Made by a program: the position numbers and the translations under genes
Source: Candidatus Pacearchaeota archaeon
GTDB lineage: Archaea > Nanobdellota > Nanobdellia > Pacearchaeales > GW2011-AR1
Assembly: GCA_018304165.1 (NCBI GenBank)
Contig: JAGVWS010000034.1
Coordinates: 1-56,801 of the forward strand
Length of the DNA: 56,801 bases
Reading direction: 5' to 3'
Part shown: positions 17,701-26,372 of the stretch, piece after piece
Position numbering within the stretch: position 1 is the first letter of the stretch
Layout: each line of letters begins with the position of its first letter
Notes under the pieces: model-generated
Databases searched by the model: none
Told to the model about the DNA's origin: nothing
Seen by the model: the letters and a program-made list of their open reading frames with translations, nothing else

Positions 17701-19839
17701 TGACACGCATACTGAAGATGTTTCATTCAGGGCGTATGTTGCCCCATTCTGCGTATTCTTGGCAGAGACTACGCTTAGAGTAGCATTATTGACTGCCTGC
17801 TGTGTTTGCGTATTTATTGAGCAGGCAGAGCCCATTCCATTGCTTGCGTTAGATGAGAAATTAGAAACGCTTGCCTTTCCAAGAGGGTTATTCGCCTGTA
17901 TTGCTTTTATTTCAAAGTATACTATATCTGTAGTTTTGAACTGGTATATATAATAATACCCGCTGCTGCCCGATACCTGCCCCGGCGTATTCTTTGCTGA
18001 GACGCAGATGTCATAAGGATTGACTATGAACCTTGCAAATCCTGCTACTGTCCTGTTCTCCGCAAATATATACAGGTCATAGACTCCCCCGAACTTCGGA
18101 ACATCCATTTTTATTCTCTGTGCAACCTGTGCTTGGGTGCCTGCAGTGTGATTGACTGCCCATTCTAAAACAGAATTTGTTGTGTTAACAAGGGAGAATG
18201 AGCTTTTATTAGTGTAGCTCATTGCAGTGCCGTTCATATAAGTTACACTGAATAATTCTATATCACTTAAATTAATTTGTGTTGCTGTCTGGTTGTAAGC
18301 GCTTATTGTTATGTAGACTGCATCACTTGCTCCAAATAATTCTTTTATGTTTCCCTCGCTGTCAGTTGATTGCGCCTGCATTACTTTGTCTATGACATTT
18401 ATCGTCCTGCTTGCTACTTGTGTGTCTCCGCCGTTGGAAAGGGTCAGCTTAAATGTATAGCTTCCGGAGGTTGTCGGGGCTCTGAAAGAAAACTGGTAGC
18501 ATCCTTCAGTTCCGCATGAGGAATTCCATGTGACATTTGCAGTGAGGATATTATTATTAAGATTGTCTGTAAGATTTGCCGAGAATGATGTGGCATTGAT
18601 TGCAGGCACTACGCTTGCATTGGACCTGTATCTTGGATATGCCTCAAAGTAGAGAGTTTTGTTCGAAAACGTGCTGTACTCATATTCAAATCCGGAGCCA
18701 ACAGACTTCTTGCTGAATGTCAGTTTCCAGTCCTTTACTTCAAATGAAGAAGTTTCTGTCCTGTTGCCGTCTCCCTCCTTAGTTATTGTGACAATTGCAT
18801 AATATGTTCCATAGCTGAAGCTCAGGCTGCTCACTGTAAATACAAATTTGTTTGTAAATGAGTTGTTGGAAGTGAGGGTTGTTGAATTAATTGTCTGCAC
18901 TACATTGCCTCTGCTGTCTGCAATGTAGCCTGAAAAATTATAAACAGCCGTAGTGCTGTTCTCTACAGCATTCACTTCCACGCTCGCCTGCTCTCCCAGG
19001 GCAAAGGTATTCTTGTATGACTTTCCCAGTTCATCCTTCATGTAAACATTGGCTGTGAAAGGAATTACTGAAAAAGAGCTGTATGACTTGAAGTTATTAG
19101 TCTCAAGAAAATAACTTCCGTAGCTTGAAGGCGCTGTTATTCCGAATGAACACTTCCCGTCGCTTCCTGTCGTGCAGTTAAAGCTCTGCACAATTCCTTT
19201 AGTGTTGTTCCTTAAAGACCCGTTGATGGTGACATTGCTGACATAATTTGCTTTGTCACTAAGAATGCTTGCTGCAGTTATGATGACTTTTACAGTCTCA
19301 GAGGGATTATAAGTGGATTTATCGGGGCTTATTTTTATGGAGTCAATTGTCTGGCTGACTACCCTTATCTCCACTTCAGAATATTTGATAGAACTATTGC
19401 CGTCGATATACTGAGCCCTTATCCTGTATTCTCCTTCAGAAGAAGGTGCGGGTATTCTGGTATAATTAAAATGGTACGTGCTGTTTGAATAGAATGCTCC
19501 TCCGGAGTCTGTGGTAAGAGTATAGTTGCCCACATAAGTTCCGTTGCTTCTGTACCTTATAGTTAAATTTACAGAATAGCCCGATTTAAGTGAAGAAGCA
19601 GTTACTATAGTCCCGTTGTCAGAATAATTCGCTTCATACACATATCCTTTGAATTCTATCTGCTCACCCGTAGTATAAACTGTATTTGGAACTACAAAGA
19701 ATATATCTGAAATATAATAATTTGCTGTGACAATGTAAGCAGAGATAACAACAGTTAAGAACACGCCAAGAACAAGCAATTTGTCAGCTTTTTTTCCGAA
19801 TTTCCAACACATAAAACCTCTTTTGCGGCTGTAAACCAA
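14767..19839 (-). CDS. Giant (about 1690 aa) secreted surface protein / putative adhesin or S-layer-like protein
   Basis: N-terminal signal anchor (LLVLGVFLTVVISAYIV), beta-rich Y/S/T/N/G composition, dozens of N-x-S/T sequons. The start may be the TTG at 19839 or the ATG at 19812. Confidence 0.75.
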   Translation of the reverse strand: MVYSRKRGFMCWKFGKKADKLLVLGVFLTVVISAYIVTANYYISDIFFVVPNTVYTTGEQIEFKGYVYEANYSDNGTIVTASSLKSGYSVNLTIRYRSNGTYVGNYTLTTDSGGAFYSNSTYHFNYTRIPAPSSEGEYRIRAQYIDGNSSIKYSEVEIRVVSQTIDSIKISPDKSTYNPSETVKVIITAASILSDKANYVSNVTINGSLRNNTKGIVQSFNCTTGSDGKCSFGITAPSSYGSYFLETNNFKSYSSFSVIPFTANVYMKDELGKSYKNTFALGEQASVEVNAVENSTTAVYNFSGYIADSRGNVVQTINSTTLTSNNSFTNKFVFTVSSLSFSYGTYYAIVTITKEGDGNRTETSSFEVKDWKLTFSKKSVGSGFEYEYSTFSNKTLYFEAYPRYRSNASVVPAINATSFSANLTDNLNNNILTANVTWNSSCGTEGCYQFSFRAPTTSGSYTFKLTLSNGGDTQVASRTINVIDKVMQAQSTDSEGNIKELFGASDAVYITISAYNQTATQINLSDIELFSVTYMNGTAMSYTNKSSFSLVNTTNSVLEWAVNHTAGTQAQVAQRIKMDVPKFGGVYDLYIFAENRTVAGFARFIVNPYDICVSAKNTPGQVSGSSGYYYIYQFKTTDIVYFEIKAIQANNPLGKASVSNFSSNASNGMGSACSINTQTQQAVNNATLSVVSAKNTQNGATYALNETSSVCVSSDSSGGYTCTVQAANKWDGGTYSVLIKATGPDGQTQDDFYGFFEARSFYIYGWSQTWQNRPASNITLTVQMYEAGRGWWGSYGSGGLSGTVSVERVEYQGRDGEWVWPPINYPYNNSMVNSTSITTGQGTITLPAQYAPEGNWKTGYYRVILKGTDSNGNSDYGYAWFGVKRWNAYGSPIQCSTSGCYYKSYFNSKENITLYVQISNAGDWSYSYGGGESLGGNITIGVKKIQDCKSWPCKDLNSSQFVSNTIAVNQSNQWYWGSSAANQSTNYTLRINRTSGTWGTGYYNVVLDVNGTETGYAWFNTIAFYVDTRPTNVSGDNNYWHYEIKNNEPRYYNITTVKSYKGWGSSYNASDYLNTTITNASLRYWDDTTYQNKELVYLRDFNITPSQINGTAKVNITYGGGNWPSGWYWGEIVLNGSDGDTSTGWMYFSVKPFRISISTSSYQIGRSDCINTTLYVYEPSWASSTLLNSNYTIQRVYEDVWTGMSSSRTAYTNYSNSSFRNQTNFQLCPNPATGKWSSGSWGGYHYLNVVVNDTQNNLTQNGWISFRTVPFSITWGSVSGGNSKKTNENFNVSVNLYGGTNTSRVEQGNLTKIYQWRSGGSGGGWSSSKEEYNFTVQANSTNGISTCNSWTSGACKVNGSTTISIYAPSTGWTVGSNYLYAEWTEVDDTAVLQDWYGIYIDARELYNGYYSNVDENGNWKYYFAPNDNLTIRLYVRNVSYGNVAANITNVEYSAPSSNCWDEWCRTYTSATWSLVGGGSQVSNNTGGIIKISRGASNWTKGEYRIKVSVSGSEGSATIKGGYMQVKDFTPPNVTLSSPTINSTFTGNNFSVSATTSKTATCNLYLTDYDRFRAWNSCVNATESANGTTLNGLIESCNYTKYNFNGSYYKYDYVSRDYRSVSSGPNYTYWYQYGTTGFSTDSTTHTYTFNTTDPTNNAPLTAQHYALQVSCWDRDWNTGSAYAAFKINVTS

Positions 19840-19956
19840 ACAGTTATATTGTAAATGACACTACTATAGTATATATAAACCTTTTTGTCGTTTTGAGTAT
19901 CTCCGATATAAATTAATTCACCTATAGATTAGAAATAAGATGTATAAGTTCTATTA

Positions 19957-20088
19957 TAGATAATTCCCTTGATTATAGCACTTTCTTTGGAATTATCTAT
20001 CACGGGACTGAGAAAACCTTCGGTTGTCAAGATGCTGAAGATGTTGCATCTTGAACACACTCAAGAACTCACGTTCTTGAATTCACGA
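19957..20088 (+). mobile_element. MITE copy B (132 bp) flanked by TA/TA; carries the double-hairpin module (20026-20080)
   Basis: Near-identical to copy C except for loss of GCTACAATTATCA near the right end; TA at 19955-19956 and 20089-20090. Confidence 0.8.
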
Positions 20089-20384
20089 TAATTAATTTTG
20101 AAACGCCGGCCGCATGGTTATTAACGAGGATAAATACTATCAACTATCAAGTCCTTATCAAAGTTAACCTGACCGGATTAACATTATTAGTTTATTCCTG
20201 AACTTATTGCTAAATTATATCTGTATCAGAGATACTGCGTTGCCTTGAATGAGTGGTACCTATGTTTTTATAGAATTTTAAGCAAAAATGAAGGATGTTA
20301 AGTTTGATATTGGACTTAACAGACTGCAAAGATTAATATAGTAACCTTTTACTTCATAGATAATAAACAAATACCAATAATAAA

Positions 20385-20762
20385 ATGACACAAAAACCAA
20401 GAAGTTTAGAAGCGCCCGGAGAAGTAGATTACGATTACAAGAACGATATTTTGTTCTTCAAAGTCAAGGACAGAGAATATGACCGTTCTATAGAGTTCCA
20501 AAACTTAGTAATTGACGTTGATTCAGAAAACTTCATAACGGGGCTTCAGATATTCAACGCTTCAGAATACTTAGGCTTGCCTAAAGAAAACTTAAGGAAT
20601 GTTCCTAACTGGAAATTCCAATCAACAACAAAGGAAGGAGCAATTGAGATAAGATTATTCTTCCAAACTATGTTAAGAAACAAGATTATAGAAAACAGGC
20701 CAATAATCCAATTACAAAGCGAAGAAAACCTACCAAATTCTGAAATAATAGTAGAAGTTTAA
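20385..20762 (+). CDS. DUF2283-like small protein
   Basis: DYDYKNDILFFKVKD...VIDVDSENFITGLQIFNASEYL resembles the DUF2283 pattern (YD.e.D.ly..l...d.d..g.i.Giei.nAs). Confidence 0.6.
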   Translation: MTQKPRSLEAPGEVDYDYKNDILFFKVKDREYDRSIEFQNLVIDVDSENFITGLQIFNASEYLGLPKENLRNVPNWKFQSTTKEGAIEIRLFFQTMLRNKIIENRPIIQLQSEENLPNSEIIVEV

Positions 20763-20868
20763 GAAGATTGTCGAGATGGGAATGGTGAGTTATTTGTGTC
20801 CAACTAATTTTCTATGTTTAAGGTGCTGCTCTGCTCAAATCACGACGGCGGAGCTTACATTTCCAAAA

Positions 20869-20941
20869 CGCTCCCACCGGGATTCGAACCCGGGTTTCGA
20901 GCTCGAGAAGCTCGAGTCATTGTCCCCTAGACCATGAGAGC
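20869..20941 (-). tRNA. tRNA-Glu (CUC)
   Basis: Cloverleaf read by eye: acceptor GCTCTCA/TGGGAGC, anticodon stem CGAGC/GCTCG with loop TTCTCGA, T arm CCGGG-TTCGAAT-CCCGG; no encoded CCA. Confidence 0.85.
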
Positions 20942-21249
20942 ATTGGCTTTTAGACGTTCTAAGCGTTTTAAATGTTTACTATTGCTAAAACCTATCTCTC
21001 TCAAATATTTCTCAATACTCGCTTTTTCTGAAATGTATATTTGCCTGTTTAAAATAATTTTAGAAGTCTTAATACCTAAACTTAAGAAAGCATTCCTAAC
21101 ATCATTTAGAAGTCAAATCGCTTAACAAAACTCGTTCTATCAACTATCATCATATATTTATTAGTAGTTTTAACGGTAATTATCTATGCATTACTGCTAG
21201 ATTACGCTAATTTTCTACTTGTTTAAGTCTGCTGCTATAACTTCAGAGA

Positions 21250-21498
21250 TCACAACTTATAAACTTTATATCCCTTTCTTGCCTTTTCTTTAAGAAGAAT
21301 TCCAACTTCATCGCCTTTCTTGGCGCTCTGCACGGGCTTTCTGTTTATCTGCATGCTTTCAACTGCCTGTGTAATGTCTGTCTCGCCGCCCTTTACTCTT
21401 ATGCTGTCTCCCACTTTGAGCGCTGCAGCAAGCTTTATAGCAGCTGCATTTACATGCGCGAAGAAGTCAGAAACTTCTCCTATGAGCTTTTCTGCCAT
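21250..21498 (-). CDS. Small beta-barrel protein resembling EF-Tu/IF2 domain 2
   Basis: 82 aa; VGDSIRVKGGETDITQAVESMQINRKPVQSAKKGDEVGILL resembles translation-factor domain-2 barrels. Confidence 0.5.
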   Translation of the reverse strand: MAEKLIGEVSDFFAHVNAAAIKLAAALKVGDSIRVKGGETDITQAVESMQINRKPVQSAKKGDEVGILLKEKARKGYKVYKL

Positions 21499-21573
21499 GA
21501 ATTATATAGTGTGAAAGGGTATATAAAATTAACTCCCTGACGTTTTTGATTATGCGTCTGAAAGGGAAAGGAA

Positions 21574-21646
21574 TAGCCCCACCAGGATTCGAACCTGGAT
21601 TAACGGCTCCAGAGGCCATCGTACTTACCAATTATACTATGGGGCT
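21574..21646 (-). tRNA. tRNA-Gln (CUG)
   Basis: Acceptor AGCCCCA/TGGGGCT (A1-U72 as in archaeal tRNA-Gln), anticodon stem ATGGC/GCCGT with loop CTCTGGA, T arm CCAGG-TTCGAAT-CCTGG. Confidence 0.85.
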
Positions 21647-21748
21647 ATCAATTAATGATTGGGCAGAGCCTTTTAAATATTTTCAAATGCTGGTTACAAA
21701 AATATTTAAACAGCCTCTAACTGAATAGATTATACCAAAGGGGTTAGA

Positions 21749-22105
21749 ATGGCAAATCCGATAATTATTGTCATCGTGGCTTTGTTAGTGTTATGGCTGT
21801 TTGTCAAATTCAAGGAAATAAGGCACAGGCTGTTTGGGACTGTCATACTTCTTTTGATCCTCTCTATGTTTCTGTCTGCTTCCTATGTCATAAAGAAGAA
21901 CAGCCTTGATTTGAGGGAGGAGGGGAGTTTTGGGAAATTTACAAAATATTATATGGTGTGGATAGGCGGAATCTTCTCCAGTGCAAAGCAGATAACGGGC
22001 AGCGTCGCCAGTTATGACTGGGGCTCCGTTAAAAGTCCGGACATAGATTATCTTCCCAATTCAGGGCAGAATAATTCTAACTCATCTGCGCAGAGTCCGG
22101 AGTGA
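21749..22105 (+). CDS. Small membrane protein, hypothetical
   Basis: Two predicted TM helices (IIIVIVALLVLWLFV, TVILLLILSMFLSASYVI). Confidence 0.5.
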   Translation: MANPIIIVIVALLVLWLFVKFKEIRHRLFGTVILLLILSMFLSASYVIKKNSLDLREEGSFGKFTKYYMVWIGGIFSSAKQITGSVASYDWGSVKSPDIDYLPNSGQNNSNSSAQSPE

Positions 22106-22115
22106 GGGCAGGAAA

Positions 22116-22379
22116 ATGAGGATAATAACTTTTTTGGCTGTATTTCTTCTTTTTGGGGCTTTTTATATTATATCTGAAAAAAACCTTTACGTCACCAATA
22201 ATGAAGATTTATCGACGCTGAAAGCAAGTTATTCAGGATGGCTTTTTTCTGCTGTCAAAGGAGCTGCTGGTTTTGTCGGACAGGTTGTAAAGATGGAATG
22301 GCTTCCGGATGTAAAGACTGAAGAAGTTGTTAATGAAACAGATAATATTAATTCTTCCAATGTGTCCGGTAAGAGTTGA
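22116..22379 (+). CDS. Small membrane/secreted protein, hypothetical
   Basis: N-terminal hydrophobic helix (IITFLAVFLLFGAFYII); 10-nt gap after previous gene. Confidence 0.45.
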   Translation: MRIITFLAVFLLFGAFYIISEKNLYVTNNEDLSTLKASYSGWLFSAVKGAAGFVGQVVKMEWLPDVKTEEVVNETDNINSSNVSGKS

Positions 22380-22467
22380 TGATTATTTTTCAGTAGATAA
22401 TTTTGATGGGAGCGCTTTGGATTGAATCTGGGACTGTATAAAATTCTATTCTGATTCAAAGAGAATA

Positions 22468-22541
22468 AGCCCTAGCTGGGGATCGAACCCAGGACCTCGG
22501 CCTTACCATGGCCGCGCTCTACCGGCTGTAGCTACTAGGGC
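22468..22541 (-). tRNA. tRNA-Thr (GGU)
   Basis: Acceptor GCCCTAG/CTAGGGC, anticodon stem CGGCC/GGCCG with loop ATGGTAA, T arm CTGGG-TTCGATC-CCCAG. Confidence 0.85.
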
Positions 22542-23534
22542 GATTTTATTAAGATGACGTTTATTTGAGAACCCTATTAGGTTCATCCATTTTCTTAATT
22601 GTTCAATACCATAAATTTCTATTTTATAAACTTGCCTGTTTCTAACAAAAAGAGTATATAATTGGAAATGTTTAGAGAGATAACTCTTGACGTCCTCAAA
22701 TAGGTTTTTACTGGCAGTTGTAAGGGATATTCTTGGATAAGGCGAACGGTATGATTTTCTTTTGTCAAACGTTATTCCTCCATCAGTATCAAAAATCCCT
22801 CGTAAGGTTGCTCTTATGTTTTCTTCTCCGGAATTTTTTATTTTCTCCGGAATTTTTACAGTATAAGTTTTCTTTCCTGGAGTAAATTCAAGAAACACTT
22901 TTAAAAAATAAAACAACTTGCGAGAATAAATTACAATTCTAACAGCGTTTTCTCTAGAAGAAGGTTTGTAAATATGGGGCTTTGCATCAGGAATAATACT
23001 CTTTATTATTGGTATGATCCTTTCTTTATAATAAGGCAGGTCATATCTTATATCTCCTGCAAATTCTATGTGATACAATTTATTCTTATAAACGTTAAAA
23101 CAACCGTCACCAATAAATGTGCCTGCTAATTCGCATATTTCTGGCGATAACTTTAAAGAAGAAAATGAAGATAGTAATTTTTCTATTTCTATTTTAGTAT
23201 GAATCTTTTTTAGTTTTCTACCTTCCTTAAATTTTTCAATATTTTTTAGATAAGCTGCCTTTCCGCCCTTCACTTTGCCGTGATTATCTGGCAGTTCCTC
23301 AATATTTGACAAAATTTTAGTTTTTTCAGTATCATTTAAGGAAATAATTAATTTATTAAAAAGCTCTTTTGGCATCGACCAGTAACCCTTTCTGTAATTA
23401 TCAAATGTAGATCGCGGTATGCTAAAATAAGTCCGAACACTTGCCCATGTCCCGTTCATTTTAGTTCTTACTGAATTGAAAAGAGTATTAAGAATAATGG
23501 GATTTTTAATTATGACTCTCATATTTATTATCAT
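22503..23534 (-). CDS. Double-motif LAGLIDADG homing-endonuclease-like protein with N-terminal HTH-like region
   Basis: Two LAGLIDADG motifs (LAGTFIGDGCF and LRGIFDTDGGI); the last 13 codons (ALVATAGRARPW-stop) are the 5' half of tRNA-Thr read in frame. Confidence 0.8.
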   Translation of the reverse strand: MIINMRVIIKNPIILNTLFNSVRTKMNGTWASVRTYFSIPRSTFDNYRKGYWSMPKELFNKLIISLNDTEKTKILSNIEELPDNHGKVKGGKAAYLKNIEKFKEGRKLKKIHTKIEIEKLLSSFSSLKLSPEICELAGTFIGDGCFNVYKNKLYHIEFAGDIRYDLPYYKERIIPIIKSIIPDAKPHIYKPSSRENAVRIVIYSRKLFYFLKVFLEFTPGKKTYTVKIPEKIKNSGEENIRATLRGIFDTDGGITFDKRKSYRSPYPRISLTTASKNLFEDVKSYLSKHFQLYTLFVRNRQVYKIEIYGIEQLRKWMNLIGFSNKRHLNKIALVATAGRARPW

Positions 23535-23627
23535 ATAGTGATCTTTATATATTTTGTGTGACTGTACTGCAGAAGCATTATTTTTGCGACTAATAATTTT
23601 ATAAACCCTTTAAATTATTAAACCTTC

Positions 23628-24122
23628 ATGGAAAAGTCTGAGAAGGACAGAAAGCTGGAAAAGTTGAAGAACGAATACTCAAAGCTCCAGGAAAAATATT
23701 CTCTGCCGAGCTTTGAGGAGCTGAATAATTATTTTGATATAGATCTCGTAGCGGGAAAGCATTTTGACAGGCTGTTGAGGGCTGTAAGGAGGAGGATGAC
23801 TGAGAAGACGAGTTCTTATCTTAGGTTCATGGAGGTGTTTTTGAATCCTGCCCAGGCGCCCCTCTTCTATATGATGCTGGCAAAGAATATGTCCGAAGAA
23901 GGAAGAAAGGCAATAAATGAAATATATTTTGAGCTTGGAAGGATTGAAATACTTCATTTAGAGGTGGAGAATACTGGTTCTGATGAAAGAGAGGCAGAAT
24001 TCATAAAGGAGATTTTTGGGTGCTGGCCAAAGATAAGGGAGCACATAGGTGTTTTAGTTGACATCTTCAAAAAGGGATGGAAAAAGAAATCTGAGCTGAA
24101 GGACAAGACTTATTTTGGGTAA
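23628..24122 (+). CDS. Hypothetical protein (164 aa)
   Basis: Clean ORF followed by a perfect 9-bp hairpin CCACTAGTC-tatt-GACTAGTGG at ~24160-24181; no family recognised. Confidence 0.5.
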   Translation: MEKSEKDRKLEKLKNEYSKLQEKYSLPSFEELNNYFDIDLVAGKHFDRLLRAVRRRMTEKTSSYLRFMEVFLNPAQAPLFYMMLAKNMSEEGRKAINEIYFELGRIEILHLEVENTGSDEREAEFIKEIFGCWPKIREHIGVLVDIFKKGWKKKSELKDKTYFG

Positions 24123-24550
24123 GAGATTCTATTTTGTGAATATATAATACTCCTTTCCACTAGTCTATTGACTAGTGGCATAACCTTTTTCTTTGTGAAT
24201 GATCATTAATCAGGGAGAGCTTGTTGCAGCTCTCTGAAAATTTGCGAATCAAACATAGCTGTAGCTTTCTCTCGCTAATAAACTTATCGGAGGATAACAT
24301 GAAAGAAAATCCAACATGCTATAGTTCAGTTGTAGGAGAAAGCTGGCATCACTTGATGATGAAAGTCAAGTATTGCTATAAAATCTTTGACATGGGAGAA
24401 GTATATAAATTCTCGCTTTTTATCCCAAATATCGCTATAAAACGAATATTTATCTCGCTTAATAGTTGTTAGTTTCAATCAGAAGTCGGCCTACAAGAAT
24501 CACACGCAAAGAGAAACTTTAATAAATTGCTATAATCTTAACTTAATATC

Positions 24551-25567
24551 ATGAAGCTTTATCAAGAAATAATCCAAAAATCTCAACCTGTTGATGTTAA
24601 ATTTGAGAAATTGAAAGCATCCCAACTTAATGAGGTTGAGATCGTTTTTCATGTTCCTACTATTCACCCAAGGGTAAAAGAAATTTCAAGTTATACATAC
24701 AAATCTTTGAAAATAGAAAATCTTCCTCAAACAGACGTATTTAACTTAACAAAAAATCATATCTTCATAATTGATGAATCAGTCAGCAAACAAAAATTTA
24801 TTCAAGAGTTCATTAAGAAACAAAAAGTAAGCCCGATTATCCTTAAATCAATTGAAGGAAAAGTAAAAACAAAACCTTTTCTTGATGATTTAATAAAATC
24901 TCACAATCTAGATAAGAAACAAAATTTAACTCTTGTCGTAATCGGAGGCGGTTTGCTTCTCAATGTTGGTGCTTATCTTGCAGAAAGAACATCAGCAAAC
25001 CTTATATATCTCCCGACAACCGCATTAGCTATGAGTGATAGTGCAGGCGGGAAAGTAAGAGTAAATTTTGTTTCAAATAATCGGGCTTACAAACATTTCT
25101 ACAAATCGTTTTATGAACCAAATGCAATGTTTCTTGATGAACGATTTTTAGAATCTCTTCCTGAAAAACAAAAAAAGATTGGTTTTGTTGAAATAATAAA
25201 GCATGGTTTGTTTCAAAGCCCAAAACTTTACAATTATCTATTAGATTCAGGAAGAGATTTGTTTGCTGACACTCAAAAAATGAAGAAAGCCATTCTCTGG
25301 GCTTCTGATTTGAAAAGAGTGTGTATTGAAATAGATGTAGAAGAAAATGAGAATGGTTCACGAAGAATTCTTCGAGGAGGACATGATTTTTCTGATAGAA
25401 TTGAGGAAGATTTAATGCTTGAAATTCCGCACGGAATTGCGGTAGCTATTGGAATCATAAAGCAATTAGAAATGGAACATGAAAAACAACTTCTTGATAA
25501 AGCTAAAAAAATGTTTGATTTGATGGATATTCCTTACACGATTGAAGAATATAGCAATTGGAAATAG
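24551..25567 (+). CDS. 3-dehydroquinate synthase-like sugar-phosphate cyclase superfamily protein
   Basis: VVIGGGLLLNVGAYLAE (GGG nucleotide loop), LPTTALAMSDSAGGKVRVN, IKHGL, GGHDFSDRIE follow the order of AroB/DHQS-like motifs. Confidence 0.7.
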   Translation: MKLYQEIIQKSQPVDVKFEKLKASQLNEVEIVFHVPTIHPRVKEISSYTYKSLKIENLPQTDVFNLTKNHIFIIDESVSKQKFIQEFIKKQKVSPIILKSIEGKVKTKPFLDDLIKSHNLDKKQNLTLVVIGGGLLLNVGAYLAERTSANLIYLPTTALAMSDSAGGKVRVNFVSNNRAYKHFYKSFYEPNAMFLDERFLESLPEKQKKIGFVEIIKHGLFQSPKLYNYLLDSGRDLFADTQKMKKAILWASDLKRVCIEIDVEENENGSRRILRGGHDFSDRIEEDLMLEIPHGIAVAIGIIKQLEMEHEKQLLDKAKKMFDLMDIPYTIEEYSNWK

Positions 25568-25862
25568 TTGCGCACTAAGAAAGAGGAACGGCCGACTTCT
25601 GACTCTGAAATTTTCCTTCGGAACGTTGTACTAAATTTTTGTCCTTCGGAGAATATAACAAGGGTTATGAGGTTACGAAGTCTTGCAGGTTTCTCCACCC
25701 AAATTTATTTTTCGAGGTCGGAATTTTGTGGGTTGCCTCAAAATTCCCTCGCTCTGAAAAATCAACTTCGTTAAATTCCGATGTTAGTTTCAATAAGCGG
25801 GCGAACTAAACAATAGTCCAAATCTGCGATTTGGGAAATTAATAGAAAACGGGCGGGCGCCT

Positions 25863-26300
25863 TTAACCCAATTCCCCGACTACAATATCATAAAGTCTTT
25901 TTGCTTGAAGATTTTCTTTCAGTCTATCAACATCTCCTCCCCTATCATAGTTGAATAATGTATCAACTGTTTCGTATGGATGTCCTGCAACTTTTGCTAT
26001 CAAATCCACGCTTCTTACTTGAATAGATAATTTAGAAATTCTACCTTTATTCATTCCGAATTGACTTGGTTCTGCAAAGAACTTAACAGAAGCTCGAATT
26101 TCTGGTTGACATGCATGTCCTCGCTCTGGTGTATAAACATCCATCCAACCATTTCCGTCTGGATACCATTCAACAGAATATCCCTCTTCTACAAATCTTA
26201 GTGCTTTTTGTTTTTTATATTGTTTCCACTGTTCTAATTCTTCTCTTGTTCCTTCACAAAAGATTCCTTCTTCACTAAACCTTTCGATTTTAGGCATCAT
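25863..26300 (-). CDS. Hypothetical protein (145 aa)
   Basis: ORF with its own GAAAGGTTTAAATAC promoter at ~26320-26335; no family recognised with confidence. Confidence 0.55.
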   Translation of the reverse strand: MMPKIERFSEEGIFCEGTREELEQWKQYKKQKALRFVEEGYSVEWYPDGNGWMDVYTPERGHACQPEIRASVKFFAEPSQFGMNKGRISKLSIQVRSVDLIAKVAGHPYETVDTLFNYDRGGDVDRLKENLQAKRLYDIVVGELG

Positions 26301-26372
26301 ACAATTAGTATATCCTACTAGTATTTAAACCTTTCGGTTATTCACTACTTATAAAAGACTACATAATAACGA

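Noticed and set aside
13234-17953. Many 60-125-aa ORFs antisense or out of frame inside the surface-protein genes (e.g. 13234-13602, 13621-13908, 13933-14286, 15914-16105, 16599-16929, 17505-17953); similar shadows occur inside cysS, hisS, prs, the ATPase gene and others
   Set aside because: They are shadow ORFs of long real genes, with low-complexity or hydrophobic translations typical of antisense frames.
11354-19839. Diversity-generating retroelement target (DGRs are known in DPANN surface proteins)
   Set aside because: There is no reverse transcriptase, no Avd-like gene, and no template/variable repeat pair with A-specific mismatches anywhere in the window.
20934-21125. ORF-track ORFs 20934-21125 (+), 21546-21728 (+) and 43484-43756 (-)
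   Set aside because: Each overlaps a well-formed tRNA gene (Glu, Gln, His respectively) and has no motif or promoter, so I treat them as spurious.
25568-25774. ORFs 25568-25774 (+) and 24221-24472 (+)
   Set aside because: They lie in hairpin-rich non-coding spacers, use a TTG start or odd composition, have no recognisable domain, and overlap the conserved boxes and repeats.
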